Assembly (NCBI RefSeq): GCF_009914755.1
Contig: NC_060946.1
Reading direction: 5' to 3' (one strand)
DNA: 64,000 nt
Source: the human T2T-CHM13v2.0 reference genome, Homo sapiens
The position numbers were made by a program, and so were the translations under genes. Shown here in pieces: positions 1 through 28,828 of this stretch (the first letter of the stretch is position 1; every line of letters starts with the position of its first letter). Below the pieces are notes generated by a model. That model ran no database searches. It saw only the letters and a list, made by a program, of their open reading frames with translations, and was not told where the DNA came from.

Positions 1-302
1 GATATGCCTCCTAATGGGATGCAACATAAATATACAACATCACCTGTGAAAGATTTTGGGCAAAATGATTTAACTTGAATCTAATCAAACCTCTAGCATA
101 GACCTAATGTCCAGTGTACAGAAAACATAGGCTATATTGGAACAAATTCAATGCTACTTTGAGGAAATATCAGAAAAACCCAGAATGTGGCTTGAGCTTT
201 TCAAAAAAGTCCATGTCATAAAAAAACAACTAATAAGCGGGGGGGGCAGGATACTGTTATAGATTCAAAGACACCAAAGAGATAAAACTAAATACAATTT
301 CT

Positions 303-809
<507 letters not shown>

Positions 810-913
810 CTAAAAATTAAAATACATTTTGGGGACAATTGGGGAAATCTGAATTTGGATTAGCTATTAGAGAGAGAAAGCAAATGGGGCAAAATGTGAA
901 TACTTGGCAAATG

Positions 914-989
914 CCTGATGGACAGTTCAGTGTACTATCCTGATGGACAGTTCAGTGTACTATCCTGATGGACAGTTCAGTGTACTATC
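914..989. repeat. Three perfect 25-bp tandem copies
   Basis: cctgatggacagttcagtgtactat x3. Confidence 0.95.
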
Positions 990-1365
990 AACTTTCTGAA
1001 AGGTTTTTCTAAGTAAAATAAAATTTCTGAAAAAGGCAGAAGACAGAGGAAAATGTCCATAATATGCTGCTAGTGGGAAAAAATAGGTCTAAAAAACAGA
1101 CCAACAGTATGACTCTACACTACTTTATTTAGTGATACGGATATATGGGCCCAGAAAAAAAAGACTGGAAGGATTTATAGGAAAATGTTGGCAATGTGTA
1201 TCTCTTGGTACTTTTATGTGGTTTCCGGGTCCTTTGTTTGCTTTCATTGAACACATAATGTTTTTGTAGTTAGAAAAAAAAAATAACAACAAAAAAAGCT
1301 CTGGTCTCTGTTATTAGGAGTTTATAATCTGACCACAAGAAAGCTGATTATGCTTATGATGGTTA

Positions 1366-1830
<465 letters not shown>

Positions 1831-2037
1831 CTATCCGTGGCCAGGCGTTCTCTACGTAGGAATAAAGTCCTTCTCTGCCCCTGTGGATGGAAGGCAGGGC
1901 TAAGAAATACTTTTTTAGACTGTCATCTGAAATTCTTATTCTATTATCACAGCGGTGAATAGGAAGGGCTCCCAGCTTTCCTTTTCTCTCAGCCCAAGGC
2001 CTCATTCTCCATCTCGTTTGTATATAAAAATATTCTT

Positions 2038-2378
<341 letters not shown>

Positions 2379-3224
2379 TTAGAATCTCAGCTACACTCGC
2401 CACAAGCTGTGGGACCTCAGACAAGATAGCAGTCATCCTCTGTGCCTCCATTTCCATATCTGTAAAACAGAGATAATAATGCCCACTTTAGATGATGTTA
2501 ATCATAATCCTGGTAGTTATTTATGTAGTATCAGCTGTATGCCATTTAATCCTCATCACAACACTGTAAGTTTGGTATAACTATCCAAATTTTAGGAATG
2601 AGTAGATAAAGATATTGAGCTTGGAGGTCGAGCTGTGCACATAAGATCTCAAAGCCAGTGGTTGCTAAACTGGGACTCAAATCTAGGGCTGCATATCCCA
2701 ACCCAGGTTCCTTCCACTACACTAAACTGTCTTTAGAGAACAATGAAGTGATGTTTGGGAAAACATGTTGCAAGAAATAAAACACTATGAAATGTGAGTT
2801 GTTGTTATTACTCTCTCCCTATAGAACATGTAAATAAGTTTGTGGACATGCAGTTCTGTGCAGAAGACGCAAAGTCCTCCTAGTTCATTACGAAACTCCT
2901 CCTGTTGGGGAGCTCAATGTAGACGTGGATCATCCCAGCCCTTGTTATCTGCCAGGCACTAGCCTTTATCTCTGTTGTGTCTGTAATCTGCATAATAGCC
3001 CTATGAGGCAGGTACTCTTATCCCTATTTTACAGGTGAAAAAAATGAGGCACAGAGAGAAGCTGGAACTTATCTCAAATCACTCGGTTTGCAGTAGAGTT
3101 GGTTCCTGAGTCCAGGTGTGTTTGAACCAATAGACCAGTTTGATTCCAAATAGAACCCGTGTTCTCTGACTCCTATGGTAAGCTGCTAAGACTCAGGACA
3201 CCAATATAGGCCACACTTGTTTTC

Positions 3225-3532
<308 letters not shown>

Positions 3533-3944
3533 AACCACACCTGTTCTCTTGAGATCTGAGCTTTCTATTAGATCTTTAGGATAAATGGCAACAGGGCCAG
3601 GAATATGCTGATGGGTCTAAGGGAGGAATGTGTCTGAGGAGGGTGTTAGATTAAACATACATGTGGACAACAAAATTCCTGGTCAGTACATACTCTGGGG
3701 TCAACGAGTGTCTGGGAAGCACTATTTAGTTTCAATATATGTTAGAATACCAAGTTAGCACATTCATTCTGGTAGGTGGAAAACAGATTTTGCACACAAG
3801 GAAATTTGACACACCCTGGGGTCTCATGGCCAGTTCACGAGGCTGGCTCTAGATTTGGAACTAAGATGAGCACGATTCTGACCCTGAGGCTCGCACCACT
3901 GGCCACCTCTGGCGAGTACACATGGTGTGCCAGGCGCTGTGCTA

Positions 3945-4193
<249 letters not shown>

Positions 4194-4553
4194 CTAAGGA
4201 TGAAAGAAAAAGGAAAAATAAAGGATATTGTCATTTTTACAGTCTGTATTAAGAACCAGAAAGGCATCAAAGCACTCATGTCCTTTGATCCAGTAATTCC
4301 AGTTTTAGGATGCACCCTAAGAAAATTACTCAAAATAAAGCAAAAAAAGGTCAAGGGGCAAAGATGTCCACTGCAGAGATGTTTACTATACATAGCAAAA
4401 TATGAGAATAACTTAAATGTTCAAGAAGACATTGATCTCTTTACCCAAAGGAATGGTATGTCACTATTAAAATGTTTATGAAGAGTTGATAACCTAAAAA
4501 AGGTTTCAGGTATAATAGTAAATTTTTAAATACTGAGATGCAAAGTTTGATAG

Positions 4554-5248
<695 letters not shown>

Positions 5249-5303
5249 TTAGTAAAAAACAGATAGATGAGAGACTGGAAGGCTCTTACCAAAACGTTAA
5301 TAA

Positions 5304-6200
5304 TTCATTCAGCAAATATGTATTGAGTGATTACTATGTATAAATACTATTTTAGGTGCTGGAGATTCAGCAGAGAACAAGACAAATTCCAGCCCTTATG
5401 GAGTTTACATTACAGTTGGAAGAAAACAATGAAAAAAATCAACAAATAAAGGAATAACATGATATGATGAATACTAATAAGATCAATCAGGCCAGGGTAT
5501 GGAGAGTGGTAGGGAGGAGAGGACTGGGGTTCCATGGGGTGATCAGGGAAGGCTGTGAGGAGGTGAGACCCCAGGGATCCTGAATGCTGTGGGGAAGGGA
5601 GCCATGGGAAGGTCTATCAGGAGTTGTTCCTGGCTAAGAGGACAGCAGGTGCAACAGATCCAGCCACTGATATGTGCTTGGTGTGGCTGAGGGGCAGAAA
5701 TGAGGTGGCTCACAGGGGTGGGGGCGGGTGCAGAGGGAGCAGGTGCTGTGGTCATGGTGAGGAGCTGGGATATTTTTCTAAGGGTCATGGAAGCCACTGG
5801 CAGATTCTGAGCTGGGGTACAATATAATCTGAGTAATCTGTTAAGGTCTCTTTGACTGATGGGAGGAGAAATGACTGTGAGGGTAAGAATGGGTGCAGAA
5901 GAGCAGTCAGGAGGCCCCTGCAGGAGTTGGGGAATTGCTGATGGGGCCCAGGACTTGGTGATTGCAGACAAGGGGTGAGAAGTGAGCAAATTTACAACAT
6001 ATGATAAAGGAGAACTGGCAAGATTTGCTGATGGACTCAACTCTACGTAGGTGTGAGAAAGAGAAGAGTCTAGGGCGGCTCAGAGGACTTGGGTGTCAGC
6101 TGCTCAGGTGGGACAATCTGGGGAGGAACAGGCTGGGGCGGTGGGAAAGTCAAGTCCCGTTTTGGATGCTATTTGAGATGCTAATAGACAGCCAGGAGGA
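5304..6200 (-). mobile_element. L2 LINE fragment
   Basis: ttcattcagcaaatatgtattgagtg (L2 3' end, antisense) followed by typical G-rich L2 body. Confidence 0.65.
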
Positions 6201-6458
6201 AACAGATCAGAAAGAGAACAGGCTGGGGCCAAGAATGGTTTGTTTTCTTCTGCCTTTTTCCAAAAATGACAATACTGCTTTTGTGTTTAAAAAAAAATAC
6301 ATTTTATTTTGAAGAAGCAGTTATACCTTAATGCAACAAAAATTCCACTTCACAAATAAAGGCTGCAGCAGTACCCAATCACACTATTTTCTAATCCTGT
6401 TCTAATGGGATAGGGTTGCATTTAATTAATTGTCTAATGGGATTTCTTCTGTCTCCAG

Positions 6459-6662
6459 CAAGGTTTCTCAACTTCAGCACTACTGACATTTGGGGCTGGA
6501 TATTTCTTTGTTGTGGGAGGCTCTCCTGTGCACTGTAGGATGCTGAGGAGCATCCCTGGCCTCCCCCAATGTCCCCCTGCCCCCAGTTCTAACAACTAGA
6601 AATGTCTTCAGAGCTGGCCAAATGTCTCCCAGAGGACAAAATTGCCCCAGTTGAGAACCACT
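6459..6662 (+). mobile_element. MER20 (hAT-Charlie DNA transposon)
   Basis: ttctcaacttcagcactactgacatttggggctgg...aaaattgccccagttgagaaccact. Confidence 0.8.
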
Positions 6663-7079
6663 ATTCTAACAGCAAGATACCACTGGAATCACAGAAACCT
6701 GGAGTTAGCAGGGAATTTATAGATCATTTGGTCCAGTGATTCTGACATGCTGTCTCCTAATGGAGGCCATGCTGTGTCCAGTGGTCAACAGGGAAATGAG
6801 TGAAACAAGGAAAAATCTACACGACTCTAAGTAAATTGATTCACTTCAAAGACCTTTTTAAATTTTTTCATTTGTGATATTAATGACTTTCTTTTATAAA
6901 ATGCTACTGACGACAGACAGCAGTCATTTTGTTTTAATGAATTTACTTAGTAAAAAAATAAATTTTTTTTCAAAGCCTACGAAAGTCCAGCATCTGGGAT
7001 CCACTAATGCAGTGCAAGGTTTCTCTGAGGGTGATTCTTTGGCAACCCAGCGTCCTTCCCCTTTCCTAACAGCCCCTGA

Positions 7080-7814
<735 letters not shown>

Positions 7815-8276
7815 TCATCTCTTTAAACTTCAGTAAAGTCTTCCATTCTTCCATATACACAAATACATGCACACAGAGGCCTTCTGTGAGTGGTTTTTGT
7901 AAAAATCAGAAGAGTTCCACATTCGGGCTGATGCAGTTAGTATGTGCATAGTGTATGCAGGACAGACAAGGAGCTTAGTGCCAGGAAAACATCAGGCCCC
8001 CAGAGGTCACAAACATATTTGAGAGGGTACTAGACTTCAAACAAATTAGATAACAAATGCTTAAGCCAATTTTTAGCTAAATTCCAAGGAATAGAGTGAC
8101 CCCTGGTGATACTGGGGGGTTATGTGAGTAAAGATTTTATTGAGAATAGGTAATAATATAAAATATTGGGAAAAAATTGGGGAAGATGTTTTATATAATC
8201 TTAGAATGGTAAAATGCTTAGCAACAAATGAAATCTAAAAGCCATAAGAGACTACTAAATATGACTATAATAATTA

Positions 8277-8622
<346 letters not shown>

Positions 8623-8814
8623 AGAAATCTACATTCCTTGTGGTACTTGGCCCAAATTCTATGGCCAACTCCCTTGCTAGCTGGTGCCTGGGGAAGCTCC
8701 CAAACCTCTCACCCTGTTCTGGTCCCACTACACAAGACTGAAGTTCCTATTGATATAAACTACCATCCACTGAGGTTTGTGGGGAAGGGGAGGAGGAGAG
8801 AATGATGCTAGTGA

Positions 8815-9264
<450 letters not shown>

Positions 9265-9519
9265 TAGTATCACTTATTTGCTTTATGATATTTGACAAAT
9301 TGGGTACCTGCTCCCAGCATCACTTTGCTCATTAATAAACTGGAGAATAACAATGGTAACTATCTCAGAGGACTGTGACAGTAGAAGAAAATGCACTGTT
9401 TGCATAAGGTTTGGCATAGTACCTGGCATATAGTAAATATTCATTAAATGTTAATTATCATTTTCTTACCACACCTCTCACCCCCTTTGGAATCACCTTT
9501 ACTATTAAATTTCCAATCA

Positions 9520-9888
<369 letters not shown>

Positions 9889-10232
9889 CTAGCCTTAAAT
9901 AAATGCTCATATTAGAAAAGAAGGTCTCATTTCATTCAGTTCAAATATTTTCTAATTTCCCTTGGCAACTCCTCTTTGATACATGGGTCTTTGTGAATTG
10001 AATATATATGTAAGCTCTGGGGGACTTGCAAAGTTTCCTACAAATATTTACCTCTATTTAGAGCCCTGGCTAAACCTCTTGATCAGTGGTCCCCAAGCTT
10101 TTTCTTTAAAAGTTTTACTGGGACATAATTCGCATACTAACTTCTCTGAGCCTCCATTTCTCCCTCAAAAAAATAATAAAGTTTAAATAACAATAATGAT
10201 GTGAAATTACCTAGGATGATACTTAACAGTTC

Positions 10233-11015
10233 ATGTTCTGTGTTTTCTTATATTCCGTATTTGTCTATTTGCCATCCATTCATTACCAGGGCTAGACTAA
10301 CAGACAAAATTGCTAACATACCTCTCCTACAATCCAGAGGCCACACTTTGAACCAACTCTTATATCTAACTCACACACCAAGCCAACTAGGGACAGCCCC
10401 TATGCCCCAGAGCCCATTGGAATTATCCAATCCAGCCAATTCTAAACTTTTATTTTTTTTTGAGACAGGGTCTCACTGTCACCCAGGCTTGAGTGCAGTG
10501 GCTCAATCATGACTCACTGTAGCCTCAACCTCCTGGACTCAAGTGATCCTCCCACCTCAACCTCCTGAGTAGCTCAGACTACAGATGTGCACCATGGTGT
10601 CCAGCTAATTTAAAAATTTTTTTTGTAAAGACAGGGTCTTGCTATGTTACTCAGGCTGGTCTTGAACTTCTGGGCTCAAGCAATCCTACTGCCTCAGCCT
10701 CCCAAAGTGTTGGGATTACACTGTAATGTACGCAACTAATCCTAAACTGGTTACCATGCCTTGCTTTGTCTTTCCTGCTGAGAAACTTCAAAAAAGAGTG
10801 TGGCCTGTCCCTTCCCCATGCTCCTTTCTGCCTCCTGGCCAGCACTGGTGCTTCCCGCTGTGGCCCTGCATGGTGTGCTGAGTTTAACATTACTCATGAT
10901 TTCCAGGGCGAATTGCCAGGGGAATTGCAAGTAACATGAAACTTTTCTTTCAATGGCACTGACCTCTCTGTACTATCACAGTCACCAATATAAATTAAGA
11001 CCTGGGTGCAAATTA
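10233..11015 (+). mobile_element. ERVL-type LTR (MER73/MER74-like) interrupted by an AluJ (10447-10720, minus)
   Basis: gggacagcccctatgccccagagccc...agccaattctaaac, and tggtgcttcccgctgtggccctgcatgg. Confidence 0.55.
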
Positions 11016-11171
11016 GTTCCAACCTTAGTAATTACTGGTTTCTGGTGGGGGACAGGAGCAGTCATCATGTCTTAAATTTATTTTCTTCTGGTGTCAGTAA
11101 CCTCTCTTCCCCACAGATAACAGCACTGTGCTGACCTCATCACCACAAAAGTGGAACTTAATCAGTGCTTA

Positions 11172-11475
<304 letters not shown>

Positions 11476-11515
11476 TCAATGCTTATTGAACTGAAAAGAC
11501 AACTACATCCTTTCA

Positions 11516-12004
<489 letters not shown>

Positions 12005-12377
12005 TCAACAGCCAGTGATCTGGGGCAAGTCATCAAACCTCTTTACCGCCTTGGTTTCCTTGTAGGATTAAGTCAGCAAATGCATGCAAATTACACGAGT
12101 GCTCAAGGTGAGTGCTTCAAAAACATTGCTGTCACCCTTTATGCAATCACCTTTTTCAGCAAATGTTTCACTGGGCAACTACTAATGTGTTTGCACTGGG
12201 CAAACACTGAAACTGAGCCCCTGGCTTGAGGAGCTTCCAGTCTAGCAGGGGAGATAACAGGAAATAGACAGTTATACTTAAGTGTGGAAAGCATCCCCGA
12301 TTTGTTATAGAGAGGCAATAGAAGTTAGGATTATGTTTGAATGTGACAGAGACTCAAAATAACAGTGGCTCAAACTA

Positions 12378-15418
<3,041 letters not shown>

Positions 15419-16019
15419 CTACCATAAGGGTTGGGGGTAAACCACGACTGTTCTGAGACCCCCTGTCCCATCCCAGCATAGAGGAGATGGAAGTGTTCCA
15501 GCCCACCTGGCCACCCAGCTGCTCAGATTCAGCACGCTGAGGGCTCAGTTGTTATTGTACAGAGTTGGGGGTTGGGGAGCCTAAATTTGAGCTACTATGA
15601 GATACAATCTAGGGATGCCTAGAAATGTCTGGGTGCGGAGGGAGCTGCGCAGACCTGGAATTAGCAGGTATGGGCAAGAGCTGCAAAAATCTTGAGTCCT
15701 TATTGTTAAGGACACTGACTATATCTATGCTGTTGAACTTGGGAAAATTCTGGTTAAATTAGTAGGTATTCTGACAAGACATAACTAAACGACAATCTCT
15801 GGGACATCACCTACCCCTAGATTGAATCTATAAGAATCAATACCAGTCGCGATGCCCATTTTGTGGATAAAAACATTGAGGCCTAGATTTGCCTCAAGCA
15901 ATGTAACTGATAGGTGCATCACTTAGATGGAAATGTAGGTCTCCTGGCACCAAGCCCAGAAAGGCCAGCACTGTACCCCAGTGCCTTTGCCCGTGGTTCC
16001 ACTGTAGTCGTGCACTCCT

Positions 16020-16790
16020 AGTTCCCATATTTTGGCTTGGGTAGAAATTGTTCTCTCTGTAAGCCAGGTCTCTCCTCCAAAGTCCAGTCTTGTATATTTA
16101 CCCACTTGGCATCTATCTTCATTTGCACTTTTCATAGGCATCTTAAAGTTAACAAGTTCAAAGTTGAACTCTTGATAGCTTTCCACTAACCCAAACCCTA
16201 CGCTGTCCATCTCAGTAAATGGCACCATTCAGATGCTGAAGCCGCACACCTGGGAAGCAACCTTCAACTCCGTCCTTTCTTCCCCCACTTCTCCTCCCCA
16301 CTCCCAAAGCCAACCCACTAGCAAGTGTTGAAAGATCCATCTCCCAATGCGTCAGGTCTGTCTGCTTCTTGCCACCTTCCATATTTGTCATTTAGACAAA
16401 TACGGAAGCCTCCCAGCTGGTCTTCTGTGCCCCTCCAATACATCCTCCATATTCAAAAGACAGTGTGATCTTTAAAAAATATAAATCACATCATGTCATC
16501 CCTAATGTAATGAATTATCATGGCACTTCAATTATATCCATATTCATATTCCTTTCTATGATGCTTACAACTCTGCAGCATCCAGCCCTGCCAACATCCC
16601 AGCCTTCGCTTGTGCTTCTCTTCTCACTCTCTGGGGTACAGTATTGGCCTTCTCTGTTTCCTGAACACTCGAGCTCTTTTTTTTCGCCTCAGGGCCTTTG
16701 CACATGCTGTCCCTTCTTCCTGGAAGGTTCTGCCATTTACTCTTCCAATGGCTGACTCCTCATCTCTTGGTTCTCAGCTCAAATGGTATC
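16020..16790 (+). mobile_element. L2 LINE fragment
   Basis: ccatctcagtaaatggcaccat; cctcagggcctttgcacatgctgtcccttc; tctcagctcaaatg. Confidence 0.65.
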
Positions 16791-17309
16791 TTCTGGGGTC
16801 ATTACTTGTTACATGTGTGCTTTTTCTTCTCCACATATGTGAAACCCATCCCCAAGGTAAGAGACTTAAGTTGCAGCTGGGGTGCAGACATTTCACCTAG
16901 GCTCTACCTGCAGATGCACCACCCCTGCCTGAGATTTCAAGATGGAAATGAGCAATGGGGAGGAAATGGGAAGTATGCGGACTCCAGTTTTTGGAGAGAC
17001 TGTTGACAGGAGCAACTGGTTTTTCAAGGAGTAGAGTAGAACTTTTAACATCCAGTCCTCAGTCACACTGGCACACAGTAGCACACCTTGGCAGAGGCAG
17101 TATGGTTTGGCCATCATTCTTGGCAGCATGGCCTCTGAAGCTAACACGGAGACTCTTCCAGGGTAGCTGTGCACCTTTAATACATTTCTTTCTGCTTAAT
17201 AGCTAGAGTGGATTCTACAGTTTGCAACTGAGAACTTTGGTGATGATTCCTCCTTACAGAGGCCTTCTTTCACTGTCTTTTTTTGGCGCTACAAAAATTC
17301 TACAAAGAA

Positions 17310-17841
17310 ATATATTTTTATATATATATTATATATATGTAAATATATTATATATAATTATATATATATATTATATATAATTATATATATATTATATATA
17401 ATTATTTATATAATATATATATTATATATTATATATCTATGCTGTATATATATTATATATAATATATATATATTATATTATATATATCTATGCTGTATAT
17501 ATATTATATATATATCATATATAATATATAACATATATTATAACATATATTATATATCATATATAATATATATCATATATAATATATAACATATAATATA
17601 TATCATATATAATATATATCATATATAATATATAACATATATTATATAATATATATCATATATAATATATAACATATATTATATAATATATATTTATAAT
17701 ATATAATATATGATATATATAATATATAATATATATTATATATTATACATGTTATATATATAATATATGATATATATAATATATATAACATATATTATAT
17801 ATAATATTAATATATATTATATATATATATTATATATAATT
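17310..17841. repeat. Complex (TA)n low-complexity repeat, about 530 bp
   Basis: Almost exclusively A/T, with atatatc, ataac and ctatgctgt interruptions. Confidence 0.95.
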
Positions 17842-18285
17842 TGTTTGTTTTCCCCCCTGCAAGGATCTAGGTCCAAGGTCCCAGCCCAGGGATGTCCTTG
17901 GACCCTGACAATGCAGTTTCTAGCTATCTCATCATCTTCCCAGAGACAAAGCTCAGGATCCTAATACTATGTGTTTGCACCTGACATATATAACGGGGAA
18001 GGTGTGTACAACTGGGTTTCACGGATGTTGGGAGTCCCTGAAATGTATGCCTTCCTGGCTCAAAGACATCATTTTTCCTAATCTCCAGCTGTGTTTCTCT
18101 AGGTACCACCCTTGTATAATATGATTAAGAGCTAATGTTTATTGAGTTCTTACTCTGTGCTATGCTGTTTGCTGAGTGCTTGCATGTAAGATCATATTTA
18201 ACGCCCACATTGTGACTGATTTCTCTAGGTACCTATTTTACTGATAAGAAAACTGAGGTTCAGTGAGATGAAATGACTCATCTGA

Positions 18286-22370
<4,085 letters not shown>

Positions 22371-22526
22371 AAACCAATTAAAAAAAAGATTAGCAGGGGA
22401 AACAGCCATGATCAGAGTAATAACCAAATAATTACATGAGTGCTCTGAAGGAAAGGGACATTGGCCTGTATAATAAGGAACATCATCCAGCCCAGAGGGG
22501 CAGAAAGCTGACCCTGAGGATGAGAG

Positions 22527-23101
22527 TGAAGGGGGTTAGAATCTGCCATCCCAAAATAGGCCACTTTGCATAGGAATTATTTTGAGCTGAAGGCAATTGA
22601 AAAACAGCAGATGCAGGAAATCTCTTTACAATTCCAGTTTCCATCTAAAAGCAGAGCATAAATTTTCCTTTGTGAAGGTGTCCCCACTTCCCATCTCCAG
22701 TACCAGGAAGAAGAGACAACTCATCACTGGAGATGGCACCCCTTGAATCTGCATATAGAAATCTTATTGAAAGAATCCTTATCTTCCATTAGTTTCTCCC
22801 ATATATTTACCTTCCCACAATTTACCATCCCCAGAAGCCTAAACCTCTTTTCCTTTGTCTTGTCACATCTCCACAATTAATTGCTCTTTGTTAGGGTGGT
22901 ATGTGAACTATCAGACCTAGCCACTTCCTTGAGGTTTTCGCTTTCTTCCAATGAAGTCCTGTGTCATGTAAAAATACTAACATCAAATAAAATTTGAATG
23001 CCTTTCTCCTGTTAAACTGTCTATCTTTTGTCAGTTTAACTTGTAGGGCTCCATACACTTTGCCTCAGAGGGTAGATAAAAGGTTTTTTTCCCTCCCTAC
23101 A
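22527..23101 (+). mobile_element. Solo ERV1 LTR (MER34-like)
   Basis: TG...CA ends; cccaaaataggccactttgcataggaattattttgagctgaaggc; aataaa in the 3' part. Confidence 0.65.
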
Positions 23102-23145
23102 AGAATCTGAACTGAGATGGAAGGATGACTATATATCTCCTAGAC

Positions 23146-23357
23146 CAGGGGTTAGCAAACTTTTTCTGCAAAAAGCCAGATGATAAATATTCGGCTTTGC
23201 AGGTCCTAAAGTCTCTATCGCAAGTACTCAACTCTGCTGTTTCAGTGTGAAGGTAGTTGTAGACAATAGTAAATGAATGGCCATGGCTGTGTGCCAATAA
23301 AGCTTTATTTTCAAAAACAGGCAGTGAAAGGTCTGATTCATAGTTTGCTAAACCCTG
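23146..23357 (+). mobile_element. MER58A-like DNA transposon
   Basis: Terminal inverted repeats caggggttagcaaact / agtttgctaaaccctg; internal ggctgtgtgccaataaagctttatt. Confidence 0.8.
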
Positions 23358-23576
23358 CCCTGGGATTTTTTTTTCCAGCTCTTCAGAAAAAAAAAAAAAA
23401 AAGCCTTTATTTGTGGCATTTGGTTAACTGCATGCTATCAATGTCTCTGGACTTGGGGGTTGGGAGGAAATGCTGACAGTGACAATGGCAATGGTGATAG
23501 GAGCTTACCTGGGACAAGAAGAACAGGAGGTACAGAGGCCACATACAGAAAGGGAGTGTGGTATACAAGGAAATAA

Positions 23577-24066
<490 letters not shown>

Positions 24067-24488
24067 TAGGATAGGGTCAGGTGGTGATGGGATGATGTAC
24101 TTAGCTTTGCACTTTGAAAAGATGGCCCTAGAAGTATCTGAGAACCTGAGGGAGACCAGTTAGGTGCCTACTGCAGTAGTGATGGGAGCTCAAACTAGGG
24201 TGGTGGGAGTGGAAAAGTGAGAAACAGGTGGTTCTGGGAGGTACATCAGAAGGAACATCAATAGGGCAGAGGAGAAAGTACGTATCAGGGATGACTGCTA
24301 GGTTTCAGGTTTGCCATGAGGATTAGTGGAGAAAAAAAAATAAGTAAAAGCATCTTGCACTGCAGCCTACACTGAAAACCTGGTTCCTTCCCTCTCTCTT
24401 CTCAATCGCTGCATTTCTGTGAATGCCCCTTAGTATGCCACTTAGCCACTTACCCATGGGAGACCTGGAGGCCTCCCAGGGCTCCTCA

Positions 24489-25303
<815 letters not shown>

Positions 25304-25447
25304 TCAGAAGAAAAACCAATTCAGAGCTCTGCAAAATTAAAATGCTTAAATGCTTAAGAAACAATCTATCAAACTCATAGCTGTTAAATTTAATATTCAT
25401 TAAAATGTCATTAAACTCAAGCAATTTATGGGTTAGGTTTTTCTTCA

Positions 25448-25836
<389 letters not shown>

Positions 25837-25884
25837 CTACAGGGAAATCGTATCTATGAAGGGATCAGGAAATGGAAATGCTTA

Positions 25885-26067
<183 letters not shown>

Positions 26068-26399
26068 CTAATAACCACCACCGTGCTCTGCTCTAAGGGT
26101 TTCAGGTATTCTATTACTTAGTGCCCTAAACCAGGGCTTCTCAAACTGGAACATGCTTCTAGATCACTGGAAGTCCTGATCAACTGCAGAGTCGGAGTCA
26201 GTTGATTTGGAGAGATGCTGATGCTGCAGGTCCTTGGACCAACACACCCTTCAAATCTCAGCTCAAACGCCACGTACTGACCTTCTCAAGGCTGGACTGG
26301 GTCCCCCTCCCGCTGTTGCCTTACCCCTCTGAATCCCCCCCACTGCAGTGCCCAATCCCCTGCAGGACAATTGTGTGGCCTGAGTTTCCCACTAGATCA

Positions 26400-26808
26400 T
26401 GAAGAGGTGAGGTTGGAGGTGGAACTCTACTCCAGACCTAATTGAAGACTAGCTTCCTAAGACATGCCCACCAGGCATCAAGACAGTTTATCCATTCCCT
26501 AGCAATGACCAGACTTGGAATTTACCACCCCTTTTTCCAGAAATTTCTGAATAATCTGCCCCTTAATTTGCCTGTAATTAAAAGTGGGTATAAATGAGCC
26601 TGCAGAACTGGCCCTGAGCTGTTCTTCTCAACACACTGCTTATGGGGTAGCCCTGCTCTGCAGAAGCAGTCAGAGAGCTGCAACAGTCAAGGTGAGCTGC
26701 TTTGTTCTACCACCAGCTCATCCTTGAATTCTTGAATTCCTTCCCGGAAAAAGCCATGAACCTTTCCAGGCAGAAGCCCCATTTCTGGGGCTCCTTGGCC
26801 CTGCAACA
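26400..26808 (+). mobile_element. MER41-family solo LTR, partly deleted
   Basis: gggtataaatg; cactgcttatggggtagccctgctctgc; 3' end aagccccatttctggggctccttggccctgcaaca. Confidence 0.75.
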
Positions 26809-26996
26809 GAGGGACTGGGCTTGCCTCCACCACCATGTTCCCAGTGCTGAGCAGAGTGCCTGGCACCCAGAACTCATTATGGGTCTGCTGAGTGAAATAG
26901 AAAAGCTGACCTTGGACAAGTTGCTTCTCTGAGCTTTAGTTTCCTCATCCGTGAAGTGGATTTAGTGTGTACTTCAGCAGGTTGTCGTGAGGATTA

Positions 26997-27287
<291 letters not shown>

Positions 27288-27524
27288 TCAAAAAAAAAAA
27301 AAAAAAAAAAAAAAGAGGCAGAGAGCCCAGCACAGTGCATGGCACACAGGTAGACACTCATTATCTGGCATCCACTATTCCAATACAAAATTCCATCCCC
27401 TGCCTCCCAACAATTATGTTGTACACTACAGTCCACAAGCACGAAGAATTTTGGTGGCTAATTTGGGGGTACCCGAGAGAGAACTTGACCTGAGGACATC
27501 AATGCTAAGGCCTCTCCTCCCTCA

Positions 27525-27929
<405 letters not shown>

Positions 27930-28828
27930 TTAGCCCTGTCCCATGCTAGCCTTGTGGCCTTGGGTGAGTCACTTCCTCTCTAGAGGGCTTTGGCTTCTTC
28001 ATCTGAAAAACGGGGATGATGACCCTGCCCTACGTGTCAGCTGGGTGTAAGGGTCACAACACACAGGTGTGTGAGTCCCTGACATGCTTTGCAAATGTGA
28101 AGACATCACAGTTATTTGTTTTCCATGTCCCCTGTTCTGGCTATACCATGAGTTCCCTGAGAACAGGGAGTGGGTCTTCTTCTTTATACCTCCAGAGCTC
28201 TAGATCTGGCACATAATAAATACAGTAGGTGCTTAGTAAATGTTTAACATGATCACACTTAGCTTAGTGCCAGAAATGGTTTCTCTTTACGTGTTTGACA
28301 GTGATGCTTCCAAGGATTACTTGAGACATTTGAGCCACTATGCAAAGCTGCTGGCTCCATTGGACAAAGTGGACAGGGGGTTTATTACTGGGGATAAATT
28401 GGGGTAAGAAGGTGTAGCCTTGGACGTTAAAGGGAACAGCAAGGTGCAACGGCAAGAAGAGAAGACAGTCAGAAAATGGGAGGCAGGGTGGCATAATGGT
28501 CAAAGACCCAGCTTTGGAGTGGCACAGCCCTGGAATCAACACTTGTTCAGTGCTCATGCCTGTAATTCCAGCACTTTGGGAGGCTGAGGCAGGTGGATCA
28601 CCTGAGGTCAGGAGTTCGAGACCAGCCTGACCAACATGGTGAAACCCCATCTCTACTAAAAATACAAAAATTAGCAGGGCATGGTGGCATGCACCTGTAA
28701 TCCCATCTACTCAGGAGGCTGAGGCTGGAGAATCACTTGCACCCTGGAGGCAGAGATCCTGCCATTGCCCTCCAGCATGGGCAATAAGAGCAAAACTCCA
28801 TCTCAAAAAAAAAAAAAGATTAAATGGG

